Part shown: positions 44,106 through 56,116 of the stretch, one piece after another
How the letters are laid out: every line of letters starts with the position of its first letter
Position numbering within the stretch: position 1 is the first letter of the stretch
Source: Escherichia phage RB32
Length of the DNA stretch: 64,000 nucleotides
Reading direction: 5' to 3' (one strand)
Sequence record: NC_008515.1
Notes under the pieces: model-generated
The model's database searches: none
The model's input: only the letters and a program-made list of their open reading frames with translations
Told to the model about the DNA's origin: nothing
Made by a program: the position numbers and the translations under genes

Positions 44106-45816
44106 TAACCTTAATTGGTTTGTTGGTGTTGTTGAAGATAGAATGGACCCATTAAAATTAGGTCGTGTTCGTGTTCGTGTGGTTGGTCTGCATCCACCTC
44201 AAAGAGCACAAGGTGATGTAATGGGTATTCCAACTGAAAAATTACCATGGATGTCAGTTATTCAACCTATAACTTCTGCAGCAATGTCAGGAATTGGAGG
44301 TTCTGTTACAGGGCCAGTAGAAGGAACTAGAGTTTATGGTCATTTTTTAGACAAATGGAAAACTAACGGAATTGTCCTTGGCACGTATGGTGGAATAGTT
44401 CGCGAAAAACCGAATAGACTTGAAGGATTTTCTGACCCAACTGGGCAATATCCTAGACGTTTAGGAAATGATACTAACGTACTAAACCAAGGCGGAGAAG
44501 TAGGATATGATTCCTCTTCTAACATTATTCAAGATAGTAACTTAGACACTGCAATAAATCCCGATGATAGACCACTATCAGAGATTCCAACCGATGATAA
44601 TCCAAATATGTCAATGGCTGAAATGCTTCGCCGTGATGAAGGATTAAGATTAAAAGTTTATTGGGATACCGAAGGATATCCGACAATTGGTATTGGTCAT
44701 CTTATCATGAAGCAGCCAGTTCGTGATATGGCTCAAATTAATAAAGTTTTATCAAAACAAGTTGGTCGTGAAATTACAGGAAATCCAGGTTCTATTACAA
44801 TGGAAGAGGCGACGACTTTATTTGAGCGTGATTTGGCTGATATGCAACGTGACATTAAATCGCATTCTAAAGTAGGACCAGTCTGGCAAGCTGTCAACCG
44901 TTCTCGTCAAATGGCATTAGAAAATATGGCATTTCAGATGGGTGTTGGTGGTGTAGCTAAATTTAACACAATGTTAACTGCTATGTTAGCAGGAGATTGG
45001 GAAAAAGCGTATAAAGCCGGTCGTGATTCATTATGGTATCAACAAACAAAAGGCCGTGCATCCCGTGTTACCATGATTATTCTTACGGGAAATTTAGAAT
45101 CATATGGCGTTGAAGTGAAAACCCCAGCTAGGTCTCTATCAGCAATGGCTGCTACTGTAGCTAAATCTTCTGACCCTGCTGACCCTCCTATTCCAAATGA
45201 CTCGAGAATTTTATTCAAAGAACCAGTTTCTTCATATAAAGGTGAATATCCTTATGTGCATACAATGGAAACTGAAAGTGGACATATTCAGGAATTTGAT
45301 GATACCCCTGGGCAAGAACGATACAGATTAGTTCATCCAACTGGAACTTATGAAGAAGTATCACCGTCAGGAAGAAGAACAAGAAAAACTGTTGATAATT
45401 TGTATGATATAACCAACGCTGATGGTAATTTTTTGGTAGCCGGTGATAAAAAGACTAACGTCGGTGGATCAGAAATTTATTACAACATGGATAATCGTCT
45501 TCACCAGATAGATGGAAGCAATACAATATTTGTACGTGGCGACGAAACGAAAACTGTTGAAGGTAATGGAACTATCCTAGTTAAAGGTAATGTTACTATT
45601 GTAGTTGAAGGCAATGCTGACATTACAGTTAAAGGAGATGCTACCACTTTAGTTGAAGGAAATCAAACTAATACAGTAAATGGAAATCTTTCTTGGAAAG
45701 TTGCTGGGACAGTTGATTGGGACGTTGGTGGTGATTGGACAGAAAAAATGGCATCTATGAGTTCTATTTCATCTGGTCAATACACAATTGATGGATCGAG
45801 GATTGACATTGGCTAA
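44089..45816 (+). CDS. 5: Baseplate hub and tail lysozyme gp5
   Basis: 575 aa; central lysozyme domain resembling the e protein (MAEMLRRDEGLRLKVYWDTEGYPTIGIGHL) and C-terminal VxGxxxxx beta-helix repeats. Confidence 0.95.
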   Translation: MEMISNNLNWFVGVVEDRMDPLKLGRVRVRVVGLHPPQRAQGDVMGIPTEKLPWMSVIQPITSAAMSGIGGSVTGPVEGTRVYGHFLDKWKTNGIVLGTYGGIVREKPNRLEGFSDPTGQYPRRLGNDTNVLNQGGEVGYDSSSNIIQDSNLDTAINPDDRPLSEIPTDDNPNMSMAEMLRRDEGLRLKVYWDTEGYPTIGIGHLIMKQPVRDMAQINKVLSKQVGREITGNPGSITMEEATTLFERDLADMQRDIKSHSKVGPVWQAVNRSRQMALENMAFQMGVGGVAKFNTMLTAMLAGDWEKAYKAGRDSLWYQQTKGRASRVTMIILTGNLESYGVEVKTPARSLSAMAATVAKSSDPADPPIPNDSRILFKEPVSSYKGEYPYVHTMETESGHIQEFDDTPGQERYRLVHPTGTYEEVSPSGRRTRKTVDNLYDITNADGNFLVAGDKKTNVGGSEIYYNMDNRLHQIDGSNTIFVRGDETKTVEGNGTILVKGNVTIVVEGNADITVKGDATTLVEGNQTNTVNGNLSWKVAGTVDWDVGGDWTEKMASMSSISSGQYTIDGSRIDIG

Positions 45817-45850
45817 TATACTTCCAATGAGCGCTGATTTAGGAGAATCC

Positions 45851-46345
45851 ATGGAAGGTTCTTCTATCGACGTCACCTTTACCGCTCAATTAGAAACGGG
45901 TGAAACGTTAGTATCTATAAATATAACTAGTTACGAAGAAACTCCTGGGGTTTTAGTAGAAGAAAATCGCTTATATGGAACATATGAATCTGTATTTGGT
46001 TTCGGAAATGACGCGTTGAAATATCGTTTAGGCGATGAATTTAAAACTGCTGCTTCATGGGAAGAACTTCCTACTGATTCTGATACTCAGTTGTATTTGT
46101 GGAAAGCTCCTCAAAATCTCCAGAAGACATTCACTTACGAAGTAACATTAATATATGACTACCAAGAACAAAGTGAATCTGGGGGTTCTGGCAGTAATTC
46201 TAGGTCATCTTCTGATACTACTGAACCGACGGATCCTCCTGCTCCAGTAAGAAAAACTCTCGTTAAAAATTATACTAAAACTATAGTTGGAAATTGGAGT
46301 CGTTGGGCTAATAAATTGAGAAGCTATGTGTATGAGAGGCCATAA
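45851..46345 (+). CDS. Baseplate-associated protein gp5.1
   Basis: 164 aa from MEGSSIDV with AGGAG Shine-Dalgarno; track ORF starts inside gene 5. Confidence 0.6.
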
Positions 46346-46639
46346 ATGTCAGGATTAAGTTATGATAAGTGTGTTACTGCTGGCCATGAAGCGTGGCCTC
46401 CAACAGTTGTGAATGCTACACAAAGCAAAGTATTCACTGGAGGAATTGCTGTTCTAGTAGCAGGCGATCCAATTACAGAACATACAGAAATTAAAAAGCC
46501 ATATGAAACACATGGCGGAGTGACACAACCTAGAACTTCTAAGGTATATGTCACTGGAAAGAAAGCTGTTCAAATGGCTGATCCAATATCATGCGGTGAT
46601 ACTGTGGCTCAGGCATCATCTAAAGTATTCATTAAATAG
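46346..46639 (+). CDS. 5.4: PAAR-repeat spike-tip protein gp5.4
   Basis: 97 aa; matches T4 gp5.4 size and position between genes 5 and 6. Confidence 0.8.
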
Positions 46640-46647
46640 GATTTAAA

Positions 46648-48630
46648 ATGGCAAATACCCCTGTAAATTATCAATTAACAAGAACAGCAAATGCTATTCC
46701 CGAGATATTCGTCGGGGGTACATTTGCTGAAATAAAACAAAACCTCATTGAATGGCTTAATGGCCAAAATGAATTTTTGGATTATGATTTTGAAGGCTCA
46801 AGATTAAACGTTCTGTGTGACCTTTTGGCTTATAATACGCTGTACATTCAACAGTTTGGTAATGCTGCTGTGTATGAAAGCTTTATGCGTACTGCTAACT
46901 TACGAAGTTCAGTTGTTCAAGCTGCACAAGATAACGGATATTTACCTACTTCAAAATCCGCTGCACAGACCGAAATTATGTTAACGTGTACAGACGCATT
47001 GAATAGAAATTACATTACTATTCCTCGTGGTACTCGCTTTTTAGCATATGCAAAAGATACTTCTGTTAATCCATATAACTTCGTTTCTACCGAAGACGTT
47101 ATTGCTATTCGTGATAAAAATAACCAATATTTTCCACGTTTAAAACTTGCTCAAGGACGTATCGTAAGAACTGAAATCATTTATGATAAATTGACACCTA
47201 TTATCATTTATGATAAAAATATTGATAGAAACCAGGTTAAATTATACGTTGATGGAGCGGAATGGATTAACTGGACAAGAAAGTCAATGGTTCATGCTGG
47301 TTCTACATCAACAATTTACTACATGCGTGAAACTATTGATGGAAATACTGAATTTTATTTTGGTGAAGGTGAGATTTCCGTTAATGCGGCAGAAGGAGCA
47401 TTGACCGCTAATTATATTGGAGGTCTTAAACCTACCCAGAACTCTACAATTGTTATTGAGTACATCAGTACTAACGGTGCAGATGCGAACGGCGCAGTCG
47501 GATTTTCGTATGCAGATACATTAACAAATATAACTGTCATCAATATTAATGAAAATCCAAACGACGACCCAGATTTTGTCGGAGCAGATGGCGGCGGTGA
47601 TCCAGAAGATATTGAGCGTATTCGCGAATTAGGTACTATTAAACGCGAAACCCAGCAACGCTGCGTAACCGCAACTGATTATGATACATTTGTCTCAGAA
47701 AGATTTGGTTCTATTATTCAAGCTGTTCAGACTTTCACTGATTCTACTAAACCTGGGTATGCATTTATTGCTGCTAAACCTAAATCAGGATTGTATTTAA
47801 CTACTGTACAGCGTGAAGATATTAAAAATTATCTCAAAGATTATAATTTAGCGCCTATTACACCGTCAATTATTTCTCCTAATTATCTTTTTATTAAGAC
47901 TAATTTAAAAGTCACATATGCTTTAAATAAACTACAAGAATCCGAACAGTGGCTTGAAGGTCAAATAATTGATAAAATTGATCGTTATTATACCGAAGAT
48001 GTAGAAATTTTTAACTCATCTTTTGCCAAGTCTAAGATGTTAACTTACGTAGATGATGCAGATCATTCTATCATTGGTTCATCAGCGACTATTCAAATTG
48101 TTCGTGAAGTACAAAACTTCTATAAAACACCTGAAGCGGGTATTAAATATAATAATCAAATAAAAGACCGTTCTATGGAATCTAATACGTTTTCATTTAA
48201 TTCTGGACGAAAAGTTGTAAATCCTGATACTGGTTTAGAAGAAGATGTATTATATGACGTTCGTATAGTATCAACAGACCGAGATTCTAAAGGAATTGGC
48301 AAAGTTATTATTGGTCCATTTGCTTCTGGCGATGTTACAGAAAATGAAAACATTCAACCATATACAGGCAACGATTTTAACAAATTAGCAAATTCTGATG
48401 GACGTGACAAATACTATGTTATCGGTGAAATAAATTATCCAGCTGACATGATTTATTGGAATATCGCTAAAATTAATTTAACATCTGAAAAATTTGAAGT
48501 CCAGACTATTGAATTATATTCTGACCCGACCGATGATGTTATCTTTACTCGCGATGGTTCACTGATTGTATTTGAAAATGACTTACGTCCACAATACTTA
48601 ACTATCGATTTGGAGCCTATATCACAATGA
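46648..48630 (+). CDS. 6: Baseplate wedge protein gp6
   Basis: 660-aa ORF; length and order match T4. Confidence 0.9.
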   Translation: MANTPVNYQLTRTANAIPEIFVGGTFAEIKQNLIEWLNGQNEFLDYDFEGSRLNVLCDLLAYNTLYIQQFGNAAVYESFMRTANLRSSVVQAAQDNGYLPTSKSAAQTEIMLTCTDALNRNYITIPRGTRFLAYAKDTSVNPYNFVSTEDVIAIRDKNNQYFPRLKLAQGRIVRTEIIYDKLTPIIIYDKNIDRNQVKLYVDGAEWINWTRKSMVHAGSTSTIYYMRETIDGNTEFYFGEGEISVNAAEGALTANYIGGLKPTQNSTIVIEYISTNGADANGAVGFSYADTLTNITVININENPNDDPDFVGADGGGDPEDIERIRELGTIKRETQQRCVTATDYDTFVSERFGSIIQAVQTFTDSTKPGYAFIAAKPKSGLYLTTVQREDIKNYLKDYNLAPITPSIISPNYLFIKTNLKVTYALNKLQESEQWLEGQIIDKIDRYYTEDVEIFNSSFAKSKMLTYVDDADHSIIGSSATIQIVREVQNFYKTPEAGIKYNNQIKDRSMESNTFSFNSGRKVVNPDTGLEEDVLYDVRIVSTDRDSKGIGKVIIGPFASGDVTENENIQPYTGNDFNKLANSDGRDKYYVIGEINYPADMIYWNIAKINLTSEKFEVQTIELYSDPTDDVIFTRDGSLIVFENDLRPQYLTIDLEPISQ

Positions 48631-51600
48631 CAGTAAAAGCACCTTCAGTCACTAGTCTCAGAATTTCCAAGTTATCCGCTAATCAGGTGCAAGTACGCTG
48701 GGATGACGTTGGTGCTAATTTCTACTACTTTGTAGAAATCGCTGAGACAAAATCAAACTCGGGAGAAAATCTCCCGAGTAATCAATATCGTTGGATTAAT
48801 TTAGGATATACAGCAAATAATAGTTTCTTTTTTGATGATGCTGATCCATTGACATCATACATTATCAGAGTAGCTACAGCTGCGCAAGATTTTGAGCAGT
48901 CTGATTGGATTTATACAGAAGAGTTTGAAACTTTTGCTACAAATGCTTATACATTTCAAAACATGATTGAAATGCAATTAGCCAATAAATTCATTCAGGA
49001 AAAATTTACTCTTAATAATTCTGATTATGTTAATTTTAATAATGACACTATAATGGCTGCATTGATGAATGAATCATTTCAATTCAGCCCATCGTATGTT
49101 GATGTCTCATCAATCAGTAATTTTATTATTGGTGAAAACGAGTATCATGAAATACAAGGTTCTATTCAGCAAGTATGTAAGGATATTAACCGAGTTTATT
49201 TGATGGAATCAGAAGGAATTCTATATCTTTTTGAGCGCTATCAACCTGTAGTTAAAGTGTCCAATGATAAAGGACAAACCTGGAAAGCTGTAAAGCTCTT
49301 CAATGACCGTGTAGGATATCCTTTATCTAAGACTGTATATTACCAATCTGCAAACACAACATACGTTCTAGGATACGATAAGATTTTCTATGGCCGTAAA
49401 TCGACTGACGTTAGATGGTCAGCAGATGATGTCAGATTCAGTTCGCAGGATATAACATTTGCTAAATTAGGAGACCAACTTCATTTAGGATTCGATGTTG
49501 AAATCTTCGCTACTTATGCGACTTTACCAGCGAATGTATACCGCATTGCAGAAGCTATTACTTGCACCGATGATTACATCTATGTTGTCGCCAGAGACAA
49601 AGTTAGATACATAAAAACTAGTAATGCACCTATAGATTCTGATCCATTATCTCCAACATATTCGGAAAGACTTTTTGAACCTGATACAATGACTATAACT
49701 GGAAATCCTAAAGCAGTATGCTATAAAATGGATTCTATCGGTGATAAAGTTTTTGCTCTTATTATTGGTGAAGTTGAAACATTAAATGCCAATCCGAGAA
49801 CTTCAAAAATAATTGATTCTGCCGATAAAGGAATATATGTTTTAAATCATGCCACGAAAACATGGAAAAGAGTTTTTGGCAACACTGAAGAAGAAAGAAG
49901 ACGTATTCAACCTGGATATGCGAATATGTCAACTGACGGTAAATTAGTTTCTCTATCTTCGAGTAATTTTAAATTTTTAAGTGATAACATTGTTAATGAC
50001 CCTGAAACTGCAGCGAAATATCAGTTAATTGGTGCTGTTAAATATGAATTTCCTCGTGAATGGCTAGCTGATAAGCATTATCATATGATGGCATTTATAG
50101 CAGATGAAAAATCTGATTGGGAAACTTTTACGCCTCAGCCGATGAAATACTATGCAGAACCATTCTTTAACTGGTCTAAAAAATCTAACACACGCTGTTG
50201 GATAAACAACTCTGACAGAGCTGTAGTAGTTTATGCTGATTTAAAATACACCAAAGTTATAGAAAATATTCCGGAAACATCACCAGATAGATTAGTTCAT
50301 GAATACTGGGATGATGGTGATTGTACGATAGTAATGCCAAATGTTAAATTCACGGGATTTAAAAAATACGCGTCTGGGATGCTTTTTTATAAGTCTTCTG
50401 GTGAAATAATTTCTTACTATGATTTTAACTATCGAGTGAGAGACACAGTTGAAATAATTTGGAAGCCAACTGGAATATTTTTAAAAGCATTTTTACAAAA
50501 CCAAGAGCGTGAAACTCCTTGGTCCCCGGAAGAAGAGCATGGATTAGCTGATCCTGATTTAAGACCATTGATTGGCACAATGATGCCTGATTCTTATTTG
50601 CTACAGGATTCTAATTTTGAGGCATTCTGCGAAGCATATATTCAGTATCTTTCCGATGGATATGGAACTCAGTATAATAATTTACGAAATTTAATTCGTA
50701 ACCAATATCCGCGAGAAGAGCACGCGTGGGAATATTTGTGGTCAGAGATATATAAAAGAAACATTTATTTAAATGCTGATAAACGTGATGCTGTTGCAAG
50801 ATTTTTTGAATCACGTAGCTATGATTTTTATTCTACTAAAGGAATTGAAGCATCATACAAATTTCTTTTTAAAGTTCTTTATAATGAAGAAGTTGAAATT
50901 GAAATTGAATCTGGGGCTGGTACTGAATATGATATAATCGTTCAATCTGATTCTTTGACCGAAGACTTAGTAGGACAAACGATTTATACAGCCACAGGAA
51001 GATGTAATGTTACTTATATAGAAAGAAGTTATTCTAATGGTAAATTGCAATGGACCGTAACTATTCATAATCTTTTGGGAAGATTAATTGCCGGTCAAGA
51101 AGTTAAAGCAGAAAGACTCCCTAGTTTCGAAGGCGAAATTATTCGCGGGGTTAAAGGAAAGGATTTGCTTCAAAATAATATAGACTATATTAATAGAAGT
51201 AGATCATATTATGTAATGAAAATTAAATCCAATTTACCTTCTTCCCGCTGGAAATCTGACGTTATTCGTTTTATTCATCCAGTAGGATTTGGATTTATAG
51301 CAATTACCCTTTTAACGATGTTTATTAATGTTGGTTTAACTCTTAAACACACAGAGACTATAATTAATAAATACAAAAACTATAAATGGGATTCTGGATT
51401 GCCTACTGAATATGCTGATAGAGTAGCTAAATTGACTCCAACTGGTGAAATTGAGCATGATTCGGTAACAGGCGAAGCAATTTATGAGCCTGGCCCAATG
51501 GCTGGTGTAGAATATCCTCTTCCTGATGACTATAATGCTGAAAATAACAATTCAATATTTCAAGGTCAATTGCCGTCTGAACGACGTAAATTAATGAGTC

Positions 51601-51725
51601 CTTTATTTGATGCATCTGGAACAACATTTGCGCAATTTAGAGATTTAGTTAATAAACGTCTAAAAGACAATATAGGAAATCCAAGAGACCCTGAAAATCC
51701 AACACAGGTTAAAATAGATGAATGA
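48627..51725 (+). CDS. 7: Baseplate wedge protein gp7
   Basis: 1032-aa ORF; length and order match T4. Confidence 0.9.
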   Translation: MTVKAPSVTSLRISKLSANQVQVRWDDVGANFYYFVEIAETKSNSGENLPSNQYRWINLGYTANNSFFFDDADPLTSYIIRVATAAQDFEQSDWIYTEEFETFATNAYTFQNMIEMQLANKFIQEKFTLNNSDYVNFNNDTIMAALMNESFQFSPSYVDVSSISNFIIGENEYHEIQGSIQQVCKDINRVYLMESEGILYLFERYQPVVKVSNDKGQTWKAVKLFNDRVGYPLSKTVYYQSANTTYVLGYDKIFYGRKSTDVRWSADDVRFSSQDITFAKLGDQLHLGFDVEIFATYATLPANVYRIAEAITCTDDYIYVVARDKVRYIKTSNAPIDSDPLSPTYSERLFEPDTMTITGNPKAVCYKMDSIGDKVFALIIGEVETLNANPRTSKIIDSADKGIYVLNHATKTWKRVFGNTEEERRRIQPGYANMSTDGKLVSLSSSNFKFLSDNIVNDPETAAKYQLIGAVKYEFPREWLADKHYHMMAFIADEKSDWETFTPQPMKYYAEPFFNWSKKSNTRCWINNSDRAVVVYADLKYTKVIENIPETSPDRLVHEYWDDGDCTIVMPNVKFTGFKKYASGMLFYKSSGEIISYYDFNYRVRDTVEIIWKPTGIFLKAFLQNQERETPWSPEEEHGLADPDLRPLIGTMMPDSYLLQDSNFEAFCEAYIQYLSDGYGTQYNNLRNLIRNQYPREEHAWEYLWSEIYKRNIYLNADKRDAVARFFESRSYDFYSTKGIEASYKFLFKVLYNEEVEIEIESGAGTEYDIIVQSDSLTEDLVGQTIYTATGRCNVTYIERSYSNGKLQWTVTIHNLLGRLIAGQEVKAERLPSFEGEIIRGVKGKDLLQNNIDYINRSRSYYVMKIKSNLPSSRWKSDVIRFIHPVGFGFIAITLLTMFINVGLTLKHTETIINKYKNYKWDSGLPTEYADRVAKLTPTGEIEHDSVTGEAIYEPGPMAGVEYPLPDDYNAENNNSIFQGQLPSERRKLMSPLFDASGTTFAQFRDLVNKRLKDNIGNPRDPENPTQVKIDE

Positions 51726-52722
51726 TTCAAGTGTTATCTATCGTGCGATAGTTACTTCAAAATTTAGAACAGAAAAAATGTTGAATTTTTATAATTCAAT
51801 TGGAAGTGGTCCGGATAAAAACACTATCTTTATCACATTTGGAAGATCAGAACCGTGGTCATCAAATGAAAATGAGGTGGGCTTTGCCCCACCTTATCCT
51901 ACCGATTCTGTATTAGGTGTAACTGACATGTGGACTCATATGATGGGAACAGTAAAAGTTCTTCCATCTATGCTTGATGCAGTTATTCCTCGTCGAGATT
52001 GGGGAGATACTAGATATCCGGATCCATACACATTTAGAATTAATGATATTGTAGTGTGCAACTCAGCTCCTTACAACGCTACTGAATCAGGCGCGGGATG
52101 GTTAGTGTATCGCTGTTTAGATGTTCCTGATACTGGAATGTGCTCAATAGCATCTTTAACTAATAAGGATGAATGCCTTAAATTAGGTGGAAAATGGACT
52201 CCTTCTGCTAGGTCAATGACTCCTCCTGAAGGCCGAGGAGATGCTGAAGGAACAATTGAACCCGGCGATGGATATGTATGGGAATATCTTTTTGAGATTC
52301 CGCCTGATGTATCTATAAATAGATGCACGAATGAGTATATTGTAGTTCCTTGGCCTGAGGAATTAAAAGAAGACCCGACTAGATGGGGGTATGAAGATAA
52401 TCTCACTTGGCAGCAAGATGATTTTGGGTTAATTTATCGTGTTAAAGCTAATACAATTCGTTTTAAAGCATATTTAGATTCAGTTTATTTTCCTGAAGCT
52501 GCATTGCCGGGAAATAAAGGATTTAGACAAATATCGATAATTACAAATCCTCTTGAAGCTAAAGTTCATCCAAATGATCCAAACGTTAAAGCTGAAAAGG
52601 ATTATTATGATCCTGAAGATTTAATGAGGCATTCGGGTGAAATGATTTATATGGAAAATAGGCCACCTATTATTATGGCAATGGATCAGACAGAAGAAAT
52701 CAATATTCTGTTTACATTTTAA
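51718..52722 (+). CDS. 8: Baseplate wedge protein gp8
   Basis: 334-aa ORF; length and order match T4. Confidence 0.9.
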   Translation: MNDSSVIYRAIVTSKFRTEKMLNFYNSIGSGPDKNTIFITFGRSEPWSSNENEVGFAPPYPTDSVLGVTDMWTHMMGTVKVLPSMLDAVIPRRDWGDTRYPDPYTFRINDIVVCNSAPYNATESGAGWLVYRCLDVPDTGMCSIASLTNKDECLKLGGKWTPSARSMTPPEGRGDAEGTIEPGDGYVWEYLFEIPPDVSINRCTNEYIVVPWPEELKEDPTRWGYEDNLTWQQDDFGLIYRVKANTIRFKAYLDSVYFPEAALPGNKGFRQISIITNPLEAKVHPNDPNVKAEKDYYDPEDLMRHSGEMIYMENRPPIIMAMDQTEEINILFTF

Positions 52723-52727
52723 ATTAA

Positions 52728-52745
52728 GGGAGCCCATGGGCTCCC
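52728..52745 (+). terminator. Stem-loop terminator after gene 8
   Basis: GGGAGCC-CATG-GGCTCCC followed by TTTTTCTTT. Confidence 0.65.
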
Positions 52746-52753
52746 TTTTTCTT

Positions 52754-52761
52754 TATAAATA
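52754..52761 (+). promoter_or_regulatory. T4 late promoter TATAAATA for gene 9
   Basis: Plus-strand TATAAATACTATAAACTCATAAGGAAACCGCT-ATG. Confidence 0.65.
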
Positions 52762-52785
52762 CTATAAACTCATAAGGAAACCGCT

Positions 52786-53652
52786 ATGTTCATTCAAGAA
52801 CCAAAGAAATTGATTGATACCGGCGAAATTGGTAACGCTTCTACTGGTGATATCTTATTCGACGGTGGTAATAAAATTAATAGTGATTTTAACGCAATTT
52901 ATAACGCGTTTGGCGATCAACGTAAAATGGCAGTAGCAAATGGCACTGGAGCTGATGGTCAAATTATCCATGCTACTGGATATTATCAAAAACACTCTAT
53001 CGCGGAGTACGCAACTCCAGTAAAAGTTGGCACTAGACATGATATTGATACTTCTACCGTAGGTGTTAAAGTTATCATTGAAAGAGGCGAACTTGGCGAC
53101 TGCGTTGAATTTATTAACTCGAATGGATCAATATCAGTTACTAATCCTTTAACGATTCAAGCTATTGATTCAATTAAAGGCGTTTCAGGTAATTTAGTAG
53201 TAACTAGTCCATATAGTAAAGTTACTTTACGTTGTATTTCATCTGATAATTCTACGTCAGTTTGGAATTATTCTATTGAAAGTATGTTTGGGCAAAAGGA
53301 ATCACCAGCTGAAGGTACACGGAATATTTCTACATCTGGATCAGTTGACATTCCACTATTTCATCGCACTGAATACAATATGGCTAAATTGCTAGTTACG
53401 TGCCAATCAGTAGATGGAAGAAAAATTAAAACAGCAGAAATAAATATTCTTGTGGATACTGTTAATTCAGAGGTCATTTCTTCTGAATATGCTGTCATGC
53501 GAGTTGGGAATGAAACCGAAGAAGACGAAATCGCTAATATTGCATTTAGTATTAAAGAAAATTACGTAACGGCGACTATAAGTTCTTCAACTGTCGGTAT
53601 GAGAGCAGCAGTTAAAGTTATCGCTACGCAGAAAATCGGGGTGGCTCAATAA
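52786..53652 (+). CDS. 9: Baseplate protein gp9 (long tail fibre socket)
   Basis: 288-aa ORF; length and order match T4. Confidence 0.9.
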   Translation: MFIQEPKKLIDTGEIGNASTGDILFDGGNKINSDFNAIYNAFGDQRKMAVANGTGADGQIIHATGYYQKHSIAEYATPVKVGTRHDIDTSTVGVKVIIERGELGDCVEFINSNGSISVTNPLTIQAIDSIKGVSGNLVVTSPYSKVTLRCISSDNSTSVWNYSIESMFGQKESPAEGTRNISTSGSVDIPLFHRTEYNMAKLLVTCQSVDGRKIKTAEINILVDTVNSEVISSEYAVMRVGNETEEDEIANIAFSIKENYVTATISSSTVGMRAAVKVIATQKIGVAQ

Positions 53653-55457
53653 TGAAACAAAATATTAATATCGGTAATGTTGTAGATGATGGTACAGGTG
53701 ACTACCTGCGTAAAGGTGGTATAAAAATAAATGAAAACTTTGATGAGCTTTATTATGAACTCGGTGATGGTAATGTTCCATATTCAGCCGGTGCTTGGAA
53801 AACTTATAATGCTTCATCTGGGCAAACATTAAAAGCTGAATGGGGAAAATCATACACTATTAATACTTCGTCTGGAAGAGTAACACTGCAACTTCCTAAA
53901 GGAACTGTTAATGATTATAATAAAGTAATTAGAGCTAGGGATGTATTTGCAACATGGAATGTTAATCCAGTTACTTTAGTAGCCGCTTCTGGTGATACTA
54001 TCAAAGGATCATCGTCATCGGTTGAAATTAACGTTCAATTTAGTGATTTAGAGCTAGTTTATTGCGCTCCGGGCCGTTGGGAATATGTCAAAAATAAACA
54101 AATTGACAAAATTATTAGTTCAGACATTAGCAATGTAGCTCGTAAAGAATTTTTAGTCGAAGTTCAAGGACAAACAGACTTTTTAGATATTTTCCGTGGA
54201 ACTAGTTATAATGTTAATAACATCAGAGTAAAACACCGCGGTAATGAATTGTATTACGGCGATGTTTTTAGCGAAAACAGTGACTTTGGCTCTCCAGGGG
54301 AAAATGAAGGAGAATTGGTTCCTCTTGATGGATTTAATATTAGATTAAGACAGCCTTGTAATGTTGGTGACACTGTTCAAATTGAAACATTTATGGATGG
54401 TGTATCGCAGTGGAGAAGTTCATACACAAGACGTCAAATAAAAATATTAGATTCAAAATTAACATCAAAAACTTCTTTGGAAGGAAGTATTTACGTTACT
54501 GATTTATCGGCAATGAAATCAATTCCATTCTCCGCATTTGGATTAATTCCAGGAGAACCTATTAATCCTAATTCTCTTGAAGTTCGTTTTAATGGAATTT
54601 TACAACAACAAGCTGGAACAGCCGGATATCCTCTGTTTTTATGTGAAGGTGCTAATTCAGATACGCAAGAAGGATGTATATCTCTTGGCGGTGAATGGAA
54701 AGAATCAAACACAGATTATTCTATAGAATATGAAGATGGAAAACCGATCAGTCTTTTATTTGATAGAAAATTTGAATCAGGCGATATAATCGTTATAACG
54801 TGGTTCAATAATGATTTAGGAACTCTTTTGGAAAAAGATGACATTATTGAATTAACTGATGAACGCTATGTTAGCAAAGGATCATCTACTGAAGTTACTG
54901 GTGATGTAGCCTTAACTGATTTTGATAAAATCGGTTGGCCAAATGTTGAAAAAGTTGATTCTTATACTAGAACGTATAATTCAATATCATCTATTTTCGA
55001 TAGCATTTATCCCATTGGTTCAATTTATGAAAATGCTATAAACCCAAATAATCCAGTAACTTATATGGGATTTGGTTCATGGAAATTATTTGGTAAAGGG
55101 CAGGTTTTAGTAGGATGGAATGATGATGTCACAGATCCAAACTTTGCATTAAACAATAATGATTTAGATTTTAGCGGAAATCCTTCACATACCGCCGGTG
55201 GAACAGTTGGTACAACATCAGTAACGCTTGAAAACGCAAATCTTCCTGCGACTAAAACTGATGAAAGAGTTTTAATTGAAGACGAAAATGGATCAGTTAT
55301 TATTGGAGGATGTCAATATGACCCAGACGAAACTGGTCCTATATATACAAAATATCGTGAAGACTACGCAACAACAAACTCTTCACATACTCCTCCTGCT
55401 AATATTAGTAATATTCAACCGTCTATTACTGTATACCGTTGGATAAGGATTGCATAA
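53652..55457 (+). CDS. 10: Baseplate wedge protein gp10
   Basis: 601-aa ORF; length and order match T4. Confidence 0.9.
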   Translation: MKQNINIGNVVDDGTGDYLRKGGIKINENFDELYYELGDGNVPYSAGAWKTYNASSGQTLKAEWGKSYTINTSSGRVTLQLPKGTVNDYNKVIRARDVFATWNVNPVTLVAASGDTIKGSSSSVEINVQFSDLELVYCAPGRWEYVKNKQIDKIISSDISNVARKEFLVEVQGQTDFLDIFRGTSYNVNNIRVKHRGNELYYGDVFSENSDFGSPGENEGELVPLDGFNIRLRQPCNVGDTVQIETFMDGVSQWRSSYTRRQIKILDSKLTSKTSLEGSIYVTDLSAMKSIPFSAFGLIPGEPINPNSLEVRFNGILQQQAGTAGYPLFLCEGANSDTQEGCISLGGEWKESNTDYSIEYEDGKPISLLFDRKFESGDIIVITWFNNDLGTLLEKDDIIELTDERYVSKGSSTEVTGDVALTDFDKIGWPNVEKVDSYTRTYNSISSIFDSIYPIGSIYENAINPNNPVTYMGFGSWKLFGKGQVLVGWNDDVTDPNFALNNNDLDFSGNPSHTAGGTVGTTSVTLENANLPATKTDERVLIEDENGSVIIGGCQYDPDETGPIYTKYREDYATTNSSHTPPANISNIQPSITVYRWIRIA

Positions 55458-56116
55458 TGAGTTTACTTAATAATAAAGCGGGAGTTATTTCCCGCTTAGC
55501 AGATTTTCTTGGTTTTAGAACTAAGAAAAATGATATTTCGGTTATGAATAATCAGCCAGTAGGTGCTGTAACAATTTCACAAATAGCAAAAGGTTTTTAT
55601 GACCCAAATGTAGAATCTGCTATCAATGATGTTAGAAATATGGCAGAGCAACAGGTTGGAGCTGTATTAGTTAATATAAGTGGCGTATCTCCTACTGGCG
55701 TGCAGCAAACAGACTATTGGTCATTTGAAGGAACTGTTACTGATACTTCAGCCAAACCAGGTGACCCAGTTATTGTTAATATGTTTGGCATTCCTGTTAA
55801 AGCTACTAATGGAATGACTTCAATCGAATTTACCAGTGCCGTTAGAATAGCTCTACAGGAAATGGTTGCAAAATTTATTGCAATTGATTCATTTGAAGAC
55901 CATCCTACCATAGGAAATAAAATACAAGTTAAGTATTTAGATAACCAAGAACATATCTTAGAACAATACTCTGATAAAGGAATTACTTTCAAACAAGAAA
56001 TAATTTCTCCTTCTAAACCTGGATACGGAACTTGGCAATTATTAGGTGCGCAAACTGTCACGCTAGATAGTCACACACAACCTACAGTATTTTATTATTT
56101 TGAGAGAATAGCATGA
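55457..56116 (+). CDS. 11: Baseplate wedge protein gp11 (short tail fibre attachment)
   Basis: 219 aa from MSLLNNKAG with AAGGA Shine-Dalgarno; track ORF has a 6-codon extension. Confidence 0.9.
   Translation: MSLLNNKAGVISRLADFLGFRTKKNDISVMNNQPVGAVTISQIAKGFYDPNVESAINDVRNMAEQQVGAVLVNISGVSPTGVQQTDYWSFEGTVTDTSAKPGDPVIVNMFGIPVKATNGMTSIEFTSAVRIALQEMVAKFIAIDSFEDHPTIGNKIQVKYLDNQEHILEQYSDKGITFKQEIISPSKPGYGTWQLLGAQTVTLDSHTQPTVFYYFERIA

Noticed and set aside
45788-45850. N-terminal extension of gp5.1 given by the ORF track (start 45788)
   Set aside because: That start lies inside gene 5 and lacks a ribosome-binding site; the Met at 45851 has an AGGAG Shine-Dalgarno.
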